Source: Vitrella brassicaformis CCMP3155 (taxonomy: Eukaryota; Protista; Chromerida). Taken from it: a stretch of 64,000 bases of DNA. The stretch lies in NCBI GenBank assembly GCA_001179505.1, contig CDMY01000449.1:10656-74655 (forward strand), written 5' to 3'. The notes under the pieces were generated by a model. The model saw only the letters and a program-made list of their open reading frames with translations, was not told the DNA's origin and ran no database searches. Shown piece after piece: positions 63,927 to 64,000 of this stretch. A program made the translations under genes and the position numbers. Each line of letters opens with the position of its first letter. Positions within the stretch are counted from its first letter, which is position 1.

Positions 63927-64000
63927 GGCCCTTAGCGCTGTGGCGCCGGTGTGCCGGGTCCAATGTGTTACAACGGTCACGTGAACGATCCGGCGGACGA
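63927..64000 (+). repeat. Inverted copy of the 5S upstream block, truncated by the window end
   Basis: Exact reverse complement of 25152-25225. Confidence 0.95.

Overview
Eukaryotic, GC-rich, intron-dense DNA (short GT-AG introns full of CA, GACA and GGAT microsatellites). The rRNA is alveolate-like and there is a RING-TLDc gene, so the source is probably a chromerid such as Vitrella (inference). The centre holds one minus-strand rDNA unit (18S, 5.8S, 28S) with a 5S gene upstream and an intact U6 snRNA gene downstream, all co-oriented. The unit is flanked by ~1.8 kb direct repeats ('R'). R also occurs at three other sites, where its last exons splice onto different genes. Protein-coding content reconstructed by hand from splice sites: a ~1,430-aa protein with RPA12/TFIIS-type zinc ribbons, RING-TLDc, two OGFr-ubiquitin-like paralogs, a head-to-head HMG-box-like and AT-hook/chromodomain pair, an apparently intact intron-rich KDZ (Kyakuja-Dileera-Zisupton) transposase, an HhH-GPD DNA glycosylase and several orphan genes. 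Three 300-N gaps are present, two inside R, so repeat architecture carries an assembly caveat. Gene models are manual and boundaries approximate unless stated.
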